Source: Nitrosopumilus maritimus SCM1
GTDB lineage: Archaea; Thermoproteota; Nitrososphaeria; Nitrososphaerales; Nitrosopumilaceae
Direction: 5' to 3'
DNA length: 32,000 bases
NCBI RefSeq assembly: GCF_000018465.1
Contig: NC_010085.1
Coordinates: 1,470,001 to 1,502,000 of the forward strand
Shown here: in pieces, positions 17,336 to 26,470 of the stretch
Layout: every line of letters starts with the position of its first letter
How positions within the stretch are numbered: the first letter of the stretch is position 1
Made by a program: the position numbers and the translations under genes
The notes under the pieces: generated by a model
Told to the model about the DNA's origin: nothing
Seen by the model: only the letters and a program-made list of their open reading frames with translations
The model's database searches: none

Positions 17336-18499
17336 TTACACACTCTGGAAAACATGAACAGCACAACTTGCGCCAGTTGCACCAAAGTTATGAGTTAAAC
17401 CAATCTTTGCATCTTTGACAGTTCTTTCACCAGCGTTTCCAGTTAATTGATCATATACTTCAACTACTTGTCCAACACCAGTAGCTCCAATTGGATGTCC
17501 TTTTGATTTAAGACCACCTGATGGATTAATTGAGATATCAGAATTTAGTGCGGTTCTACCTTCACGTACAGCTTCAACACCTTTTCCTTTTTCAAAGAAA
17601 CCCAAGTCTTCAGTGTCAACAACTTCTGCAATTGTAAAGCAGTCATGTACTTCTGCAAAGTCTACATCTTTTGCAGTGATACCTGCCATCTTGTATGCAT
17701 CAGCTGCTGCAAGTTTTGTACTTGGAATTGTCGTCATGTGATCACGTCCTTGCAATGCTGCAGGAGAACCACCACGACCTGAACCAATACATTCAACATA
17801 ATCACCACCGTGTTCTTTTGCAAACTTTTCAGAACATAATATTACAGAACTTGCTCCATCTGAAAATGGACAGCAATCAAATAATTTTAGTGGACTTGCA
17901 ACAACTGCAGAGTTCAATACATCATCAATAGTAATTTTTTTCTGCATGTGAGCTTTTGGATTCAATACACCATTATCATGATTTTTTACTGCAACTCTTG
18001 CAAAGTCTTCTTCAGTAGTGTTAAACTCTGTCATGTAAGCTCTTGCCATTGATGCAAATAATCCTGGAAATGATGCACCTGCTTGACCCTCATAGAAAAA
18101 GTCTGAACAATATGCAAAGTAAGTTGTTGTCCATTCAGTTCCAGTATGAGTTACTTTTTCAACACCAGTTACTAAGAGACAATCATAAAATCCTGCTGCA
18201 ACGTTGGCATATGCTTCTCTAAAGGATACAGAACCACTACCACAGGCAGATTCAATTGTTAATGATGGTTTGTCTGGAATACCTAATCTACTCATCAAAA
18301 CAGGACCAATGTGTACCTGCTTGTCTGCAACTCCAAATACGTTTGAGATGTAGGATGCTTTGATCTCCTTAGGAGAGATTCCAGCACTTTCTATGGCTGC
18401 AACTGATGCCTGAGTAGTAATATCAGCAATGCTATCTGCTAATTTTCCATACTTGGTGCTTCCTGCGCCAAGAACACAAACCTTTTCCACAAATGTCAC
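17336..18499 (-). CDS. Thiolase / SCP-x-like acetyl-CoA acetyltransferase
   Basis: 387 aa; TIESACGSGSVSFREAYANVAAGFYDCLLVTGVEKVTH, AEVHDCFTIAEV, NPSGGLKSKGHPIGATGVGQVVE. Confidence 0.88.
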   Translation of the reverse strand: MTFVEKVCVLGAGSTKYGKLADSIADITTQASVAAIESAGISPKEIKASYISNVFGVADKQVHIGPVLMSRLGIPDKPSLTIESACGSGSVSFREAYANVAAGFYDCLLVTGVEKVTHTGTEWTTTYFAYCSDFFYEGQAGASFPGLFASMARAYMTEFNTTEEDFARVAVKNHDNGVLNPKAHMQKKITIDDVLNSAVVASPLKLFDCCPFSDGASSVILCSEKFAKEHGGDYVECIGSGRGGSPAALQGRDHMTTIPSTKLAAADAYKMAGITAKDVDFAEVHDCFTIAEVVDTEDLGFFEKGKGVEAVREGRTALNSDISINPSGGLKSKGHPIGATGVGQVVEVYDQLTGNAGERTVKDAKIGLTHNFGATGASCAVHVFQSV

Positions 18500-18547
18500 T
18501 GACCCAAGTCCCTATAAAAATCGTTTTAGTAAATTCATCATAAGAAA

Positions 18548-19006
18548 ATGCCATCAAAGAAATTGCAAACTGTACAGATCAAAAAGACCGTGGTTAGACA
18601 TTCGGTTAAAACTACAAAGTCAAAGACTAGTATCTTCAAAAAAGAGATCATTCAGTATTTGGATGGTAATGGGTATCTATCTTGGTCATCAAAAGACAAA
18701 AAATACATGATTCTTGGAACAAATTCTCCAAAAAATGGATTGGTTCAATGTCCTGAGTGTAAAGTAGGTGAATTGATGGTTATTCGCTCAAGAACAACAA
18801 GGAAGCGATTCATGGGTTGTTCTAACTTTTATGGTGGGTGTAAAGCATCATCACCTTTACTACAAAAGGCAAAACTCAGAGCTACAAAGAGTCCATGTGA
18901 GGTTTGTAAATGGCCAATGGTGATTTTTCGTTACTCACGAAAACAACAATGGAGTAAACAATGCTCAAACTTTAACTGTAAAAGTAGAATCAAGCCTTCA
19001 AAGTAG
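18548..19006 (+). CDS. Stand-alone topoisomerase-type C4 zinc-finger protein
   Basis: 152 aa; CPECKVGELMVIRSRTTRKRFMGCSNFYGGCKASSPL and CEVCKWPMVIFRYSRKQQWSKQCSNFNC. Confidence 0.8.
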   Translation: MPSKKLQTVQIKKTVVRHSVKTTKSKTSIFKKEIIQYLDGNGYLSWSSKDKKYMILGTNSPKNGLVQCPECKVGELMVIRSRTTRKRFMGCSNFYGGCKASSPLLQKAKLRATKSPCEVCKWPMVIFRYSRKQQWSKQCSNFNCKSRIKPSK

Positions 19007-19796
19007 GATAGATATCAGTTCTTCTATTTTTGAGTAATGGTAAAACTTTGCGTATTTGTTTTACTTTTTTGAGATCTATGTTGACATATCCTATTCCTTG
19101 TTTCTTTTTCATATCAAGTAAAATTTTTCCATATGGATCAACAACTAGACTTCTTCCACAGTAAATGTTTCCAACTTGATCAGGTGCAATGACATAACAG
19201 CCATTTTCAATTGCACGAGTTTTGTTTATTGTAATCCAATGTTCTTCTTTCATGTTTCCTTTAACCCAAGCTGATGGCGCAACTAAAACTTCAGAACCTG
19301 CAGCTGCAAGTGAGCGTGACATTTCAGGAAAACGTAAATCATAACATATCATCATTCCAACTTTACCAATTGTTGTCTTTACAGGCTTTGCAATCTTTGA
19401 ACCTGATGCCATCTTGTCTGATTCTCTAAAACCTAATGCATCATAGAGATGAATTTTTCTGTAAGTAGAGATCACTTTACCGGTTTTGTCAATTACAAAT
19501 GAAGTGTCATATACTCTATCTTTTTTTCTACTCTTCTCATAAAATGAGCCTACAACTTGAACATGATTTTCTTTTGCAGTATTAGCAATAGTGTTTACAA
19601 AGTTTCCATTAATGGTTTCAGCTAGAGTGGCAAGTTGTTTTGGTGTTTGAGAAGAATTTGTGTAAAACATCATAAATTCTGGAAATGCACAAAGCGTTGC
19701 ATTTTTGGAAGCAGCTTTCTCAATGAATGAAATAATTTTTTTTAGATTAGTTTCTTTGTTTGTTGATGCTTTGAATTGTACAACTGCAGCTTTCAT
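18990..19796 (-). CDS. Carbon-nitrogen hydrolase (nitrilase/omega-amidase-like)
   Basis: 268 aa; catalytic E/K/C motifs: CAFPEFMMF, YRKIHLYDALGFRESD, KVGMMICYDLRFPEMSRSLAAAGSEVLVAPSAW. Confidence 0.9.
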   Translation of the reverse strand: MKAAVVQFKASTNKETNLKKIISFIEKAASKNATLCAFPEFMMFYTNSSQTPKQLATLAETINGNFVNTIANTAKENHVQVVGSFYEKSRKKDRVYDTSFVIDKTGKVISTYRKIHLYDALGFRESDKMASGSKIAKPVKTTIGKVGMMICYDLRFPEMSRSLAAAGSEVLVAPSAWVKGNMKEEHWITINKTRAIENGCYVIAPDQVGNIYCGRSLVVDPYGKILLDMKKKQGIGYVNIDLKKVKQIRKVLPLLKNRRTDIYPTLKA

Positions 19797-19922
19797 TGCA
19801 AATTAATAATCAAATGACAATAAAAGGAAAACGATTGGTACAATCGCAAAATGTACCATTTTCTTCTTATGTAAATTAGTCATACTAGAAACATACCGAC
19901 CATAGTGTGTATGTCAACCTGC

Positions 19923-19952
19923 GACTGGCAGGGATTATCCAGTCACTTTTTT
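19923..19952 (+). terminator. Hairpin plus U-tract on the plus strand, no annotated plus-strand gene upstream
   Basis: GACTGG-CAGGGATTAT-CCAGTC-AC-TTTTTT. Confidence 0.35.
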
Positions 19953-19961
19953 AAAAAATAA

Positions 19962-20138
19962 TTAGAGTTGGTTTCCAGCTAAAAACCAGTTTTCTTTTGG
20001 ATTATCTTCAAAAACAACAATAACATGATTTTCTTTTGTTTTTAGAATTTCAACTGCTGATTTTGTGATTGCTTTTGCGTATTCGTCTTTTTGTTCCTGT
20101 GTTCTTCCAGGATACATTGATACTGTAATCAATGGCAT
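19962..20138 (-). CDS. 4-oxalocrotonate tautomerase-family protein (58 aa), absent from the supplied ORF track
   Basis: ATG at 20138: MPLITVSMYPGRTQEQKDEYAKAITKSAVEILKTKENHVIVVFEDNPKENWFLAGNQL*; Pro2 catalytic residue pattern. Confidence 0.85.
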   Translation of the reverse strand: MPLITVSMYPGRTQEQKDEYAKAITKSAVEILKTKENHVIVVFEDNPKENWFLAGNQL

Positions 20139-20171
20139 GAAAACTCAAACTAGAATCAAGAATTTATGCTT

Positions 20172-20930
20172 TCAATAATCTGGTCTGTATCCGTATCGTG
20201 TACCATAAGTGTATTCAGAACTGTGTGTTTTTTTGTAGAGATAACCAGTTGCAAATCCTATTGCAAATCCTCCAATGTGTGCCATGTATGCAACACCACC
20301 ACCTGCAACACCAAAGCCACCTATGAAAAATGGTAAGAGATTTTGGAAGACCAACCAAAATGGCAAGAACCATCGTGCTTGAATATGCATCATTCTCCAA
20401 AAGAAACCCAACATAAGAAAAGTGGTAATTCTAACTCTAGGGAACATTGCCAAGTATGCGCCAAGTACTCCAGAAATTGCTCCTGATGCGCCAACTGCAG
20501 GAATAGAACTTGTAGGATCAATTACAATGTGGGCAAAACCCGCACCAACTCCCCATGCAAGATAAATTAAAAGAAATTTTGCTTTGCCAAATTTTAGTTC
20601 AATATTATCACCAAAGATCCACAAAAATAACATGTTACCACCCAAATGCATCAAACCTCCGTGCATAAACATAGAACTAAACAATGAAAAGTACGGAGTA
20701 TCAGGACAAGAAATTCCTGGTTGAATCATTGATGAGAAACCAGTAATACAACTAGGAACTGCTCCCCATTCAAAAAACATGAATGCAGCACTTTGATTAG
20801 AAAATTCCCAAAATTGACCAGTAACAGCTACTTCGTAGAAAAATATTACAACATTGAGTATGATTAATCCAATTGTAATTTTTGGTTTGAATCCTGGAGG
20901 ATGTGGGTTTTCATCTCTTAATGGTAACAT
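20172..20930 (-). CDS. Rhomboid-family intramembrane serine protease
   Basis: 252 aa; MFMHGGLMHLGGNMLFLWIFGDNIE, VGASGAISGVLGAYL (GxSG), AHIGGFAIGFATG. Confidence 0.92.
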   Translation of the reverse strand: MLPLRDENPHPPGFKPKITIGLIILNVVIFFYEVAVTGQFWEFSNQSAAFMFFEWGAVPSCITGFSSMIQPGISCPDTPYFSLFSSMFMHGGLMHLGGNMLFLWIFGDNIELKFGKAKFLLIYLAWGVGAGFAHIVIDPTSSIPAVGASGAISGVLGAYLAMFPRVRITTFLMLGFFWRMMHIQARWFLPFWLVFQNLLPFFIGGFGVAGGGVAYMAHIGGFAIGFATGYLYKKTHSSEYTYGTRYGYRPDY

Positions 20931-20970
20931 TAGTTGTTTAGTTTCAATGAAATTTGTATAATAAGATTTT

Positions 20971-22524
20971 TCAATTTTGAATTTGTATTATTCCCTCTTT
21001 GATCAGAAATTGAATTCCTTGTACAAAGGCATCATCATCAATTGCACCTTCTGCCCACCACCCTGCATTGTTTTTAATCCATGCTGGAATTTCATTAGAA
21101 CCAGAATTTTCACCTGAAGATGTAGCAGGTATTAGTAGAACATTTTCTTTGATTAAAAATTGAATTCCTTGTACAAAGGCATCATCATCAATTGCACCTT
21201 CTGCCCACCAACCTGCATTGTTTTTAATCCATGCTGGAACAGTTTCAATTTCAGGCTCACTAGGATGAATTACTAGAATGAAATTACCTTTGGACAAAGA
21301 ATTTCCATCAATATTTGATAATACAAAATTTGCAGTTCCTACTTGATTTTCATTAAATTGTATTTTGTGTGAATTTGGCAATTCAGAATTTACATTTCCT
21401 ACCAAATGTTTTGAAAATATTTCAGAATTATTTTGAACTATTGATAAATCATATTCTACTATTTTCTTTGTTTTATCTGAAAAGATCTCTTCTAAACTAA
21501 GAAAGAATGTAACTTCTTTTCCAGATTTGATAACTTCAGGTTCCCATGACAAGAAAACTTTGTATCTTAAATCAGGAGTTGCGAATTCAAGAGGAAATTT
21601 CACCTCATCACTTGGTTGCAGTTCAAAAATTATCATATCATCAGAGTATTTTGAAGCATCATTACGAATTTGTTTTAGTAATTCTTGATTTAGAACAATG
21701 TGAATGGTTCTATCTTCAAATGAATAATCATCAATATTTACAGTATCATCAGGTAATGGAATGTCATTAACAATTGCTTGATATGTTGTAAAAAGAAAAT
21801 CTCCAAATGTGTTTGGAACTCTAAGCTCTTGATGAACCACACTTAGTTGTTCTAAATCTTGATTCCAATCAAAAGGCATAGAAATTGTTACTTTATTTGA
21901 ATCAAAATTAAATGAATCAAGTTTATCAAAATATGAAATAACTTGAATCGTTTGTTCATTATTTTGAGAATCTGATACTTGAAATGATTTTATTTCAGCT
22001 AGACTAATTGCTCCTTGTAGTTGTACTTCATCAGATAAAACATTGGAATCAGAATCAATAGATAGTATTTTGACATTATACTCATACAGGCCACCAGACA
22101 TGAAAATAGGACCCCGCATAATTAGAGATGATTCATTTTTTATCCAACCCCCTAGTACAGGCTCAATTTCTCCGTCTATAGTGATATTTTCAGAATTTTC
22201 AGTAATTACTTTGATTGATAGATATCCTAGTTCACCATGAAATATTTCTTTGAAAATTTGTTTGCCATCTTTTTTTAATTCAAATTCAAATGTAACATGT
22301 TCAATTATTGCATCAGTATTTGCATCAAACAATCGAAGTGAAATATATTTTTCAGATTCTTCAGGATCATATATTGAGGGAGAAATTGAAATTGAAAGCG
22401 ATGCATCTTTGTTTTCAATTTTAACTGGAGGCAAAACTTCTCCTCCTAATCCATGACCAAAAGCAAATGACGAACAAAGTGAAGATATTAAAAATGCAAA
22501 TAATATTGCGTTAAGAATTTTCAA
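20971..22524 (-). CDS. Secreted protein with two C-terminal WW-modules; TTG start
   Basis: 517 aa; signal peptide MKILNAILFAFLISSLCSSFAFG; two copies of IPAWIKNNAGWWAEGAIDDDAFVQGIQFLIKE; TATA-like element at 22548-22554 supports the TTG start. Confidence 0.8.
   Translation of the reverse strand: MKILNAILFAFLISSLCSSFAFGHGLGGEVLPPVKIENKDASLSISISPSIYDPEESEKYISLRLFDANTDAIIEHVTFEFELKKDGKQIFKEIFHGELGYLSIKVITENSENITIDGEIEPVLGGWIKNESSLIMRGPIFMSGGLYEYNVKILSIDSDSNVLSDEVQLQGAISLAEIKSFQVSDSQNNEQTIQVISYFDKLDSFNFDSNKVTISMPFDWNQDLEQLSVVHQELRVPNTFGDFLFTTYQAIVNDIPLPDDTVNIDDYSFEDRTIHIVLNQELLKQIRNDASKYSDDMIIFELQPSDEVKFPLEFATPDLRYKVFLSWEPEVIKSGKEVTFFLSLEEIFSDKTKKIVEYDLSIVQNNSEIFSKHLVGNVNSELPNSHKIQFNENQVGTANFVLSNIDGNSLSKGNFILVIHPSEPEIETVPAWIKNNAGWWAEGAIDDDAFVQGIQFLIKENVLLIPATSSGENSGSNEIPAWIKNNAGWWAEGAIDDDAFVQGIQFLIKEGIIQIQN
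21008..21242. repeat. 235-bp perfect repeat, copy 1 (partner 22707-22941)
   Basis: Base-by-base visual comparison: identical from AATTGAATTCCTTG through ATGCTGGAACAG, constant offset of 1699 bp; internally two 78-bp units 150 bp apart. Confidence 0.9.
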
Positions 22525-22547
22525 GATTTTTAAATTAGGAGAATCTG

Positions 22548-22554
22548 TTATAAA
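22548..22554 (-). promoter_or_regulatory. TATA-like box for the 20971-22524 gene (leaderless)
   Basis: TTTATAA about 25-30 nt upstream of the TTG at 22524. Confidence 0.5.
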
Positions 22555-22675
22555 AAAATAATAGATGAGAAACTGGCAACCAAGATGACTCCTCCTAGTT
22601 TCTCACCGACTATGGCCTGTAAGATGAGTTAATACAAAATAGATTAAAACATAATTGGTACATTCGTCGTATATA

Positions 22676-24547
22676 CTATACTTGTAAGATTCCATTTGTT
22701 ATCAAGAATTGAATTCCTTGTACAAAGGCATCATCATCAATTGCACCTTCTGCCCACCACCCTGCATTGTTTTTAATCCATGCTGGAATTTCATTAGAAC
22801 CAGAATTTTCACCTGAAGATGTAGCAGGTATTAGTAGAACATTTTCTTTGATTAAAAATTGAATTCCTTGTACAAAGGCATCATCATCAATTGCACCTTC
22901 TGCCCACCAACCTGCATTGTTTTTAATCCATGCTGGAACAGCAGGTTTTGTTTCTCCAACAGTTACTGATCCAATCATCCATGGGTGAAGAGTACAATAG
23001 TAGTCAAAAGTTCCATTTTCTTCAAATTTGAAGGAGAATTTTTCCCCTGCAGCCACAACCCCACTATCAAAGATACCAGAAGACCCTTCATCAGGAGTTC
23101 CAGATGTGACTGTATGAGCTGAACTGTCCTTGTTATCCCATAATACGATTTGATTAGGCTCAATAGTCAAACTAGCAGGAAGGTAACAAGAGTTATCTGT
23201 TTCACATCCGGGTAATGATGTTCCAATACCAATATCTACAAAATGATCACCAATCAATTCTTCTTTTGGTTCAGATACTTTGAATGAAAATTCTCCCGAA
23301 GTATCAAAGTTGTTTACATTTGAAATCCTTACAAGTGCCGCACCAACTTGATCAAAGTTTATTTTGACAGAATCAGTTCCGTCATGTGCTTCCAATCCCT
23401 GTTTTGATTCTATTATCCTACCATTAAGAAAAACATCTAGATCATAGACGTTTTGTTGAATAATTACATTAGAAATTGGATCATGGAATTCTATATGCAT
23501 TGTAACATCATTACCAGGATTAATTTTTCCTTTGGGTGTTAGAGATAAATGAAATTTCCAGTCTTCTTCAGAAGACAATTGAATTACTTTATCACCATTC
23601 TCTAATGAAGCATCACTTTTTTGAACATCTCTTAATTTGCCTGATTGAATGCCAAAGATCATTTTATCATTTAATTCAGGAGGATTTTCATCAATCATTT
23701 TCAATAATTTTTTTGATGAAAGTAAAAAGTGAACTACAATTTCCTCATTACCAGAACGATCAATTGTTCCAAAATAAGAAATATCATTTACAGTCAACAT
23801 TATATCATGATTTTCAAAAATATCTACTGTCTTTGGAATATAATATTCAGCATGAACAAAGGGAATTGATTCGATAAAGTCTTCATTCCAATCAAATAGC
23901 ATTTGTGCAGTAAGTTTTTTGTCTCTTTGATCATAGTGAAAGTTATCTATTTTATCAAAATATGTTGCAAACATCAAATCATGTGTTACATCATCAATGT
24001 CAATAGAAAATGGGATAAATTCTCCCATAGTAAACATAATTTGAAATGGTGTTTCAGTTTCAGATACGGGCTCATTTTCAATTGATAATAAGGTCATTTG
24101 AACATCAATTAGTCCCCCTTCCAAAAATAATGGAGCCTCAATAGTCAAAGGAGAATCATTTGAGGCTAGCCAGGCATCATTTTCTGCAGTTTCACCTGAA
24201 AAATTCACGTTAGAGCTAGGTATGATTAATGTTCGAAGTTTTTCATCAGGAGAATATGCATCAAATTCTACAATCAGATTTCCTTGTCCATCAAAGATCT
24301 CAACTTTATGTTCAACACCTAAAACTACTTGTCCAGTATCATCATTAATTGTTGTAATATCAAAAGTAACATGTTCTTCGTTTCCTTCTAAAATTGAAGG
24401 ACTTGTTTCTAATTGTACTTTGAAATAATTTTGGTTGATAAAAATAATATCACTTTCCTCACTACCAGAACCTCCACCATATGCGATTTGTGTTGATCCA
24501 AAAATCAAAAGTAGATAGAGAGCTCCAAGAAATAACTTATGATTCAT
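22676..24547 (-). CDS. Secreted protein with a type-1 copper (plastocyanin-like) domain and two C-terminal WW-modules (start trimmed from 24556)
   Basis: Signal peptide MNHKLFLGALYLLLIFGSTQIAYG; cupredoxin motif VLWDNKDSSAHTVTSG...YYCTLHPWMIGSVTV; two PAWIKNNAGWWAEGAIDDDAFVQGIQFLI modules. Confidence 0.85.
   Translation of the reverse strand: MNHKLFLGALYLLLIFGSTQIAYGGGSGSEESDIIFINQNYFKVQLETSPSILEGNEEHVTFDITTINDDTGQVVLGVEHKVEIFDGQGNLIVEFDAYSPDEKLRTLIIPSSNVNFSGETAENDAWLASNDSPLTIEAPLFLEGGLIDVQMTLLSIENEPVSETETPFQIMFTMGEFIPFSIDIDDVTHDLMFATYFDKIDNFHYDQRDKKLTAQMLFDWNEDFIESIPFVHAEYYIPKTVDIFENHDIMLTVNDISYFGTIDRSGNEEIVVHFLLSSKKLLKMIDENPPELNDKMIFGIQSGKLRDVQKSDASLENGDKVIQLSSEEDWKFHLSLTPKGKINPGNDVTMHIEFHDPISNVIIQQNVYDLDVFLNGRIIESKQGLEAHDGTDSVKINFDQVGAALVRISNVNNFDTSGEFSFKVSEPKEELIGDHFVDIGIGTSLPGCETDNSCYLPASLTIEPNQIVLWDNKDSSAHTVTSGTPDEGSSGIFDSGVVAAGEKFSFKFEENGTFDYYCTLHPWMIGSVTVGETKPAVPAWIKNNAGWWAEGAIDDDAFVQGIQFLIKENVLLIPATSSGENSGSNEIPAWIKNNAGWWAEGAIDDDAFVQGIQFLITNGILQV
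22707..22941. repeat. 235-bp perfect repeat, copy 2 (partner 21008-21242)
   Basis: Same comparison; flanking bases differ on both sides. Confidence 0.9.
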
Positions 24548-24590
24548 GTCAATCAAAATGTTGTAAATTATTTTAAGTTAACAAAAATTC

Positions 24591-26402
24591 TCAGACTTTG
24601 ATTAATCCAGATGCCATCAAGAATTTGATTCCATTTGCAAATTCTACATCAGTAAGATGACCTTCAGACCACCAACCTGCATTATTTCTTACCCACATTG
24701 GAATTGATGTTATGTTTACATCTTCATCAACAATTTCTTCTGCAGCAGATACACTAATGATATTTTCTTGAACTAGATACTCAATACCTTTTGCAAAGTC
24801 TGGATCATTGATTTGTCCATCAGACCACCACATTGCATTCTTCTTTACCCAATCCGGAATTGCAATGTCAGTTGAAACAGAAGTTATTGTAGGTTTTGAC
24901 ATATCAATGTCACTTGAAACCGGAGTTACTGTAGGTCTAGGTGTTTCAACAAATATCTCTGAATCATCTGAAACCATATGAACGCCAGTATCAAGAACTA
25001 ATGCTCTTGCAACTATTTCCATACTATCAGCAGTAGTGTATGGTCGTGGTAATGTAATGTCTTCATATTCAATGTAAATTGTATCACCATTTGTAACTCT
25101 CAATCTATTTTGCTCTTGAGAAGAATCTCCAGTGGTCATAAAGAACTCGCCTGGAAGATAATTGATATAGTGAGGATGTTCATATCCTACAAAGTAATTA
25201 GGAGTACTTCCAACTTCAAAGGAACCATGTCTAGGTACAACTTCTTCTAAAATTGCTTCAGGTGCAACTTGGAATGAGAAATTTACTTCTTGACCAGGTT
25301 GATCAAAGATGTTAGAAACTACAATTTTAGCAGAGCCTCTCTCATCAAAGCGAATTGGTTCTACACCTTGTCCGTCTACCCAATATTGATCATTTCTTGA
25401 TTCAATTAATTCACCGTTAAGATAGATATCCATATCATAAGACAATCCCATCTCGTGGATGTCAGTTAAGCCATCATGAACCATTAAGTTAAAGTCATAA
25501 TCTTGATCAACACCAATTACACCACCTGGTTCAGTCCAGAGATATGTTTTCCATTCTCCATCAGGAGTGTATTTTGTTAATGAGCTTGCAGCTGGTTCAC
25601 TCAAGTGACGATCATATACTGCATTCTGAATTTTTGCATGATCCATATCTTTTACAAATTGAACACCAACAAATATTCCTGCTTTATCTGAATCTGAATA
25701 TACTTTAACATAATTTGTGAAAAATTCTCGGTGGTGCTTCCACAAGTCGGTATCACGTATGAAAAATGTGACTTTTTCATTTACATCATAGGTATCTTTG
25801 TGGAATTCAGCTTGTCCCATTTGCCAAGTATAATATGCAGTTTTGTAAACATGTTGATCTTCATTATATTCCCAGTCAACTGTTAATCTACCATCTTGTG
25901 TAGATGTTGCAATCATTACAGCCCTATCATGTGCTGAAATATTCATTCCATCTGGATCCATAGTCATTCCAGGTGTTTTAACAGTAGTAAGAAATGTATC
26001 ATGAACAGTATAACGCATTGCACCTGTCAATTTTACAACTCCCATGAATATGCCAGTATCAGGGCCAGTTTCTGTAAACTCAACGCCATTTACACGGTTG
26101 GCATCAGTGTAGACATCAATTGGATTTGATGTGGTACCAATTTGTTCAATTTTATCATCATCCTCGTTCCATCCTGGAGCATAAATCAAGACGTTTACTC
26201 TATCAGTCCAGCCAATTCCTTCATATCTTTCATTACAATCTTGTAGTTTGAAAGTTTCATTTGCACAGAATTTCATTATAATTCCTGCTGATTTTTGTAC
26301 ATTTGTAAAACCAGTATCAGCTAAGACTGGGGATATTGTAATTGTAGATGTTAAAATTACCATAAATGCGAAAATTGCAATTGTTCCCATACTTTTTGCC
26401 AT
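24591..26402 (-). CDS. Secreted S-layer-like/extracellular protein with two WW-modules (start trimmed from 26462)
   Basis: Signal peptide MAKSMGTIAIFAFMVILTSTITISPVLA; VYTDANRVNGVEFTETGPDTGIFMGVVKLTG repeat-like Ig segments; IPDWVKKNAMWWSDGQINDPDFAKGIEYL and IPMWVRNNAGWWSEGHLTDVEFANGIKFL. TATTAT-like box about 25-31 nt upstream. Confidence 0.75.
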   Translation of the reverse strand: MAKSMGTIAIFAFMVILTSTITISPVLADTGFTNVQKSAGIIMKFCANETFKLQDCNERYEGIGWTDRVNVLIYAPGWNEDDDKIEQIGTTSNPIDVYTDANRVNGVEFTETGPDTGIFMGVVKLTGAMRYTVHDTFLTTVKTPGMTMDPDGMNISAHDRAVMIATSTQDGRLTVDWEYNEDQHVYKTAYYTWQMGQAEFHKDTYDVNEKVTFFIRDTDLWKHHREFFTNYVKVYSDSDKAGIFVGVQFVKDMDHAKIQNAVYDRHLSEPAASSLTKYTPDGEWKTYLWTEPGGVIGVDQDYDFNLMVHDGLTDIHEMGLSYDMDIYLNGELIESRNDQYWVDGQGVEPIRFDERGSAKIVVSNIFDQPGQEVNFSFQVAPEAILEEVVPRHGSFEVGSTPNYFVGYEHPHYINYLPGEFFMTTGDSSQEQNRLRVTNGDTIYIEYEDITLPRPYTTADSMEIVARALVLDTGVHMVSDDSEIFVETPRPTVTPVSSDIDMSKPTITSVSTDIAIPDWVKKNAMWWSDGQINDPDFAKGIEYLVQENIISVSAAEEIVDEDVNITSIPMWVRNNAGWWSEGHLTDVEFANGIKFLMASGLIKV

Positions 26403-26470
26403 ATGAAATCTAAAACATTGTTTTGAATATAATGGGAATGGTTCATTCGATAAATGTACCATTAGATCTA

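Noticed and set aside
18548-19006. Split or pseudogenised topoisomerase I fragment
   Set aside because: Complete ORF with own start, two intact C4 fingers and a short convergent overlap with the next gene; no adjacent topoisomerase catalytic remnant seen.
20215-20400. 61-aa ORF overlapping the rhomboid gene
   Set aside because: Out-of-frame within a clear rhomboid CDS.
22561-22625. C/D box sRNA interpretation of GATGA...GATGA segment
   Set aside because: Boxes deviate from RUGAUGA/CUGA and spacing is poor; retained only as a generic hairpin candidate.
21008-22941. Regularly spaced identical repeats as a possible CRISPR-like array
   Set aside because: Repeats are in-frame, 78 bp with 150-bp period, encode a protein module, and both 'spacer' and repeat are duplicated in the paralogue. 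No cas genes.
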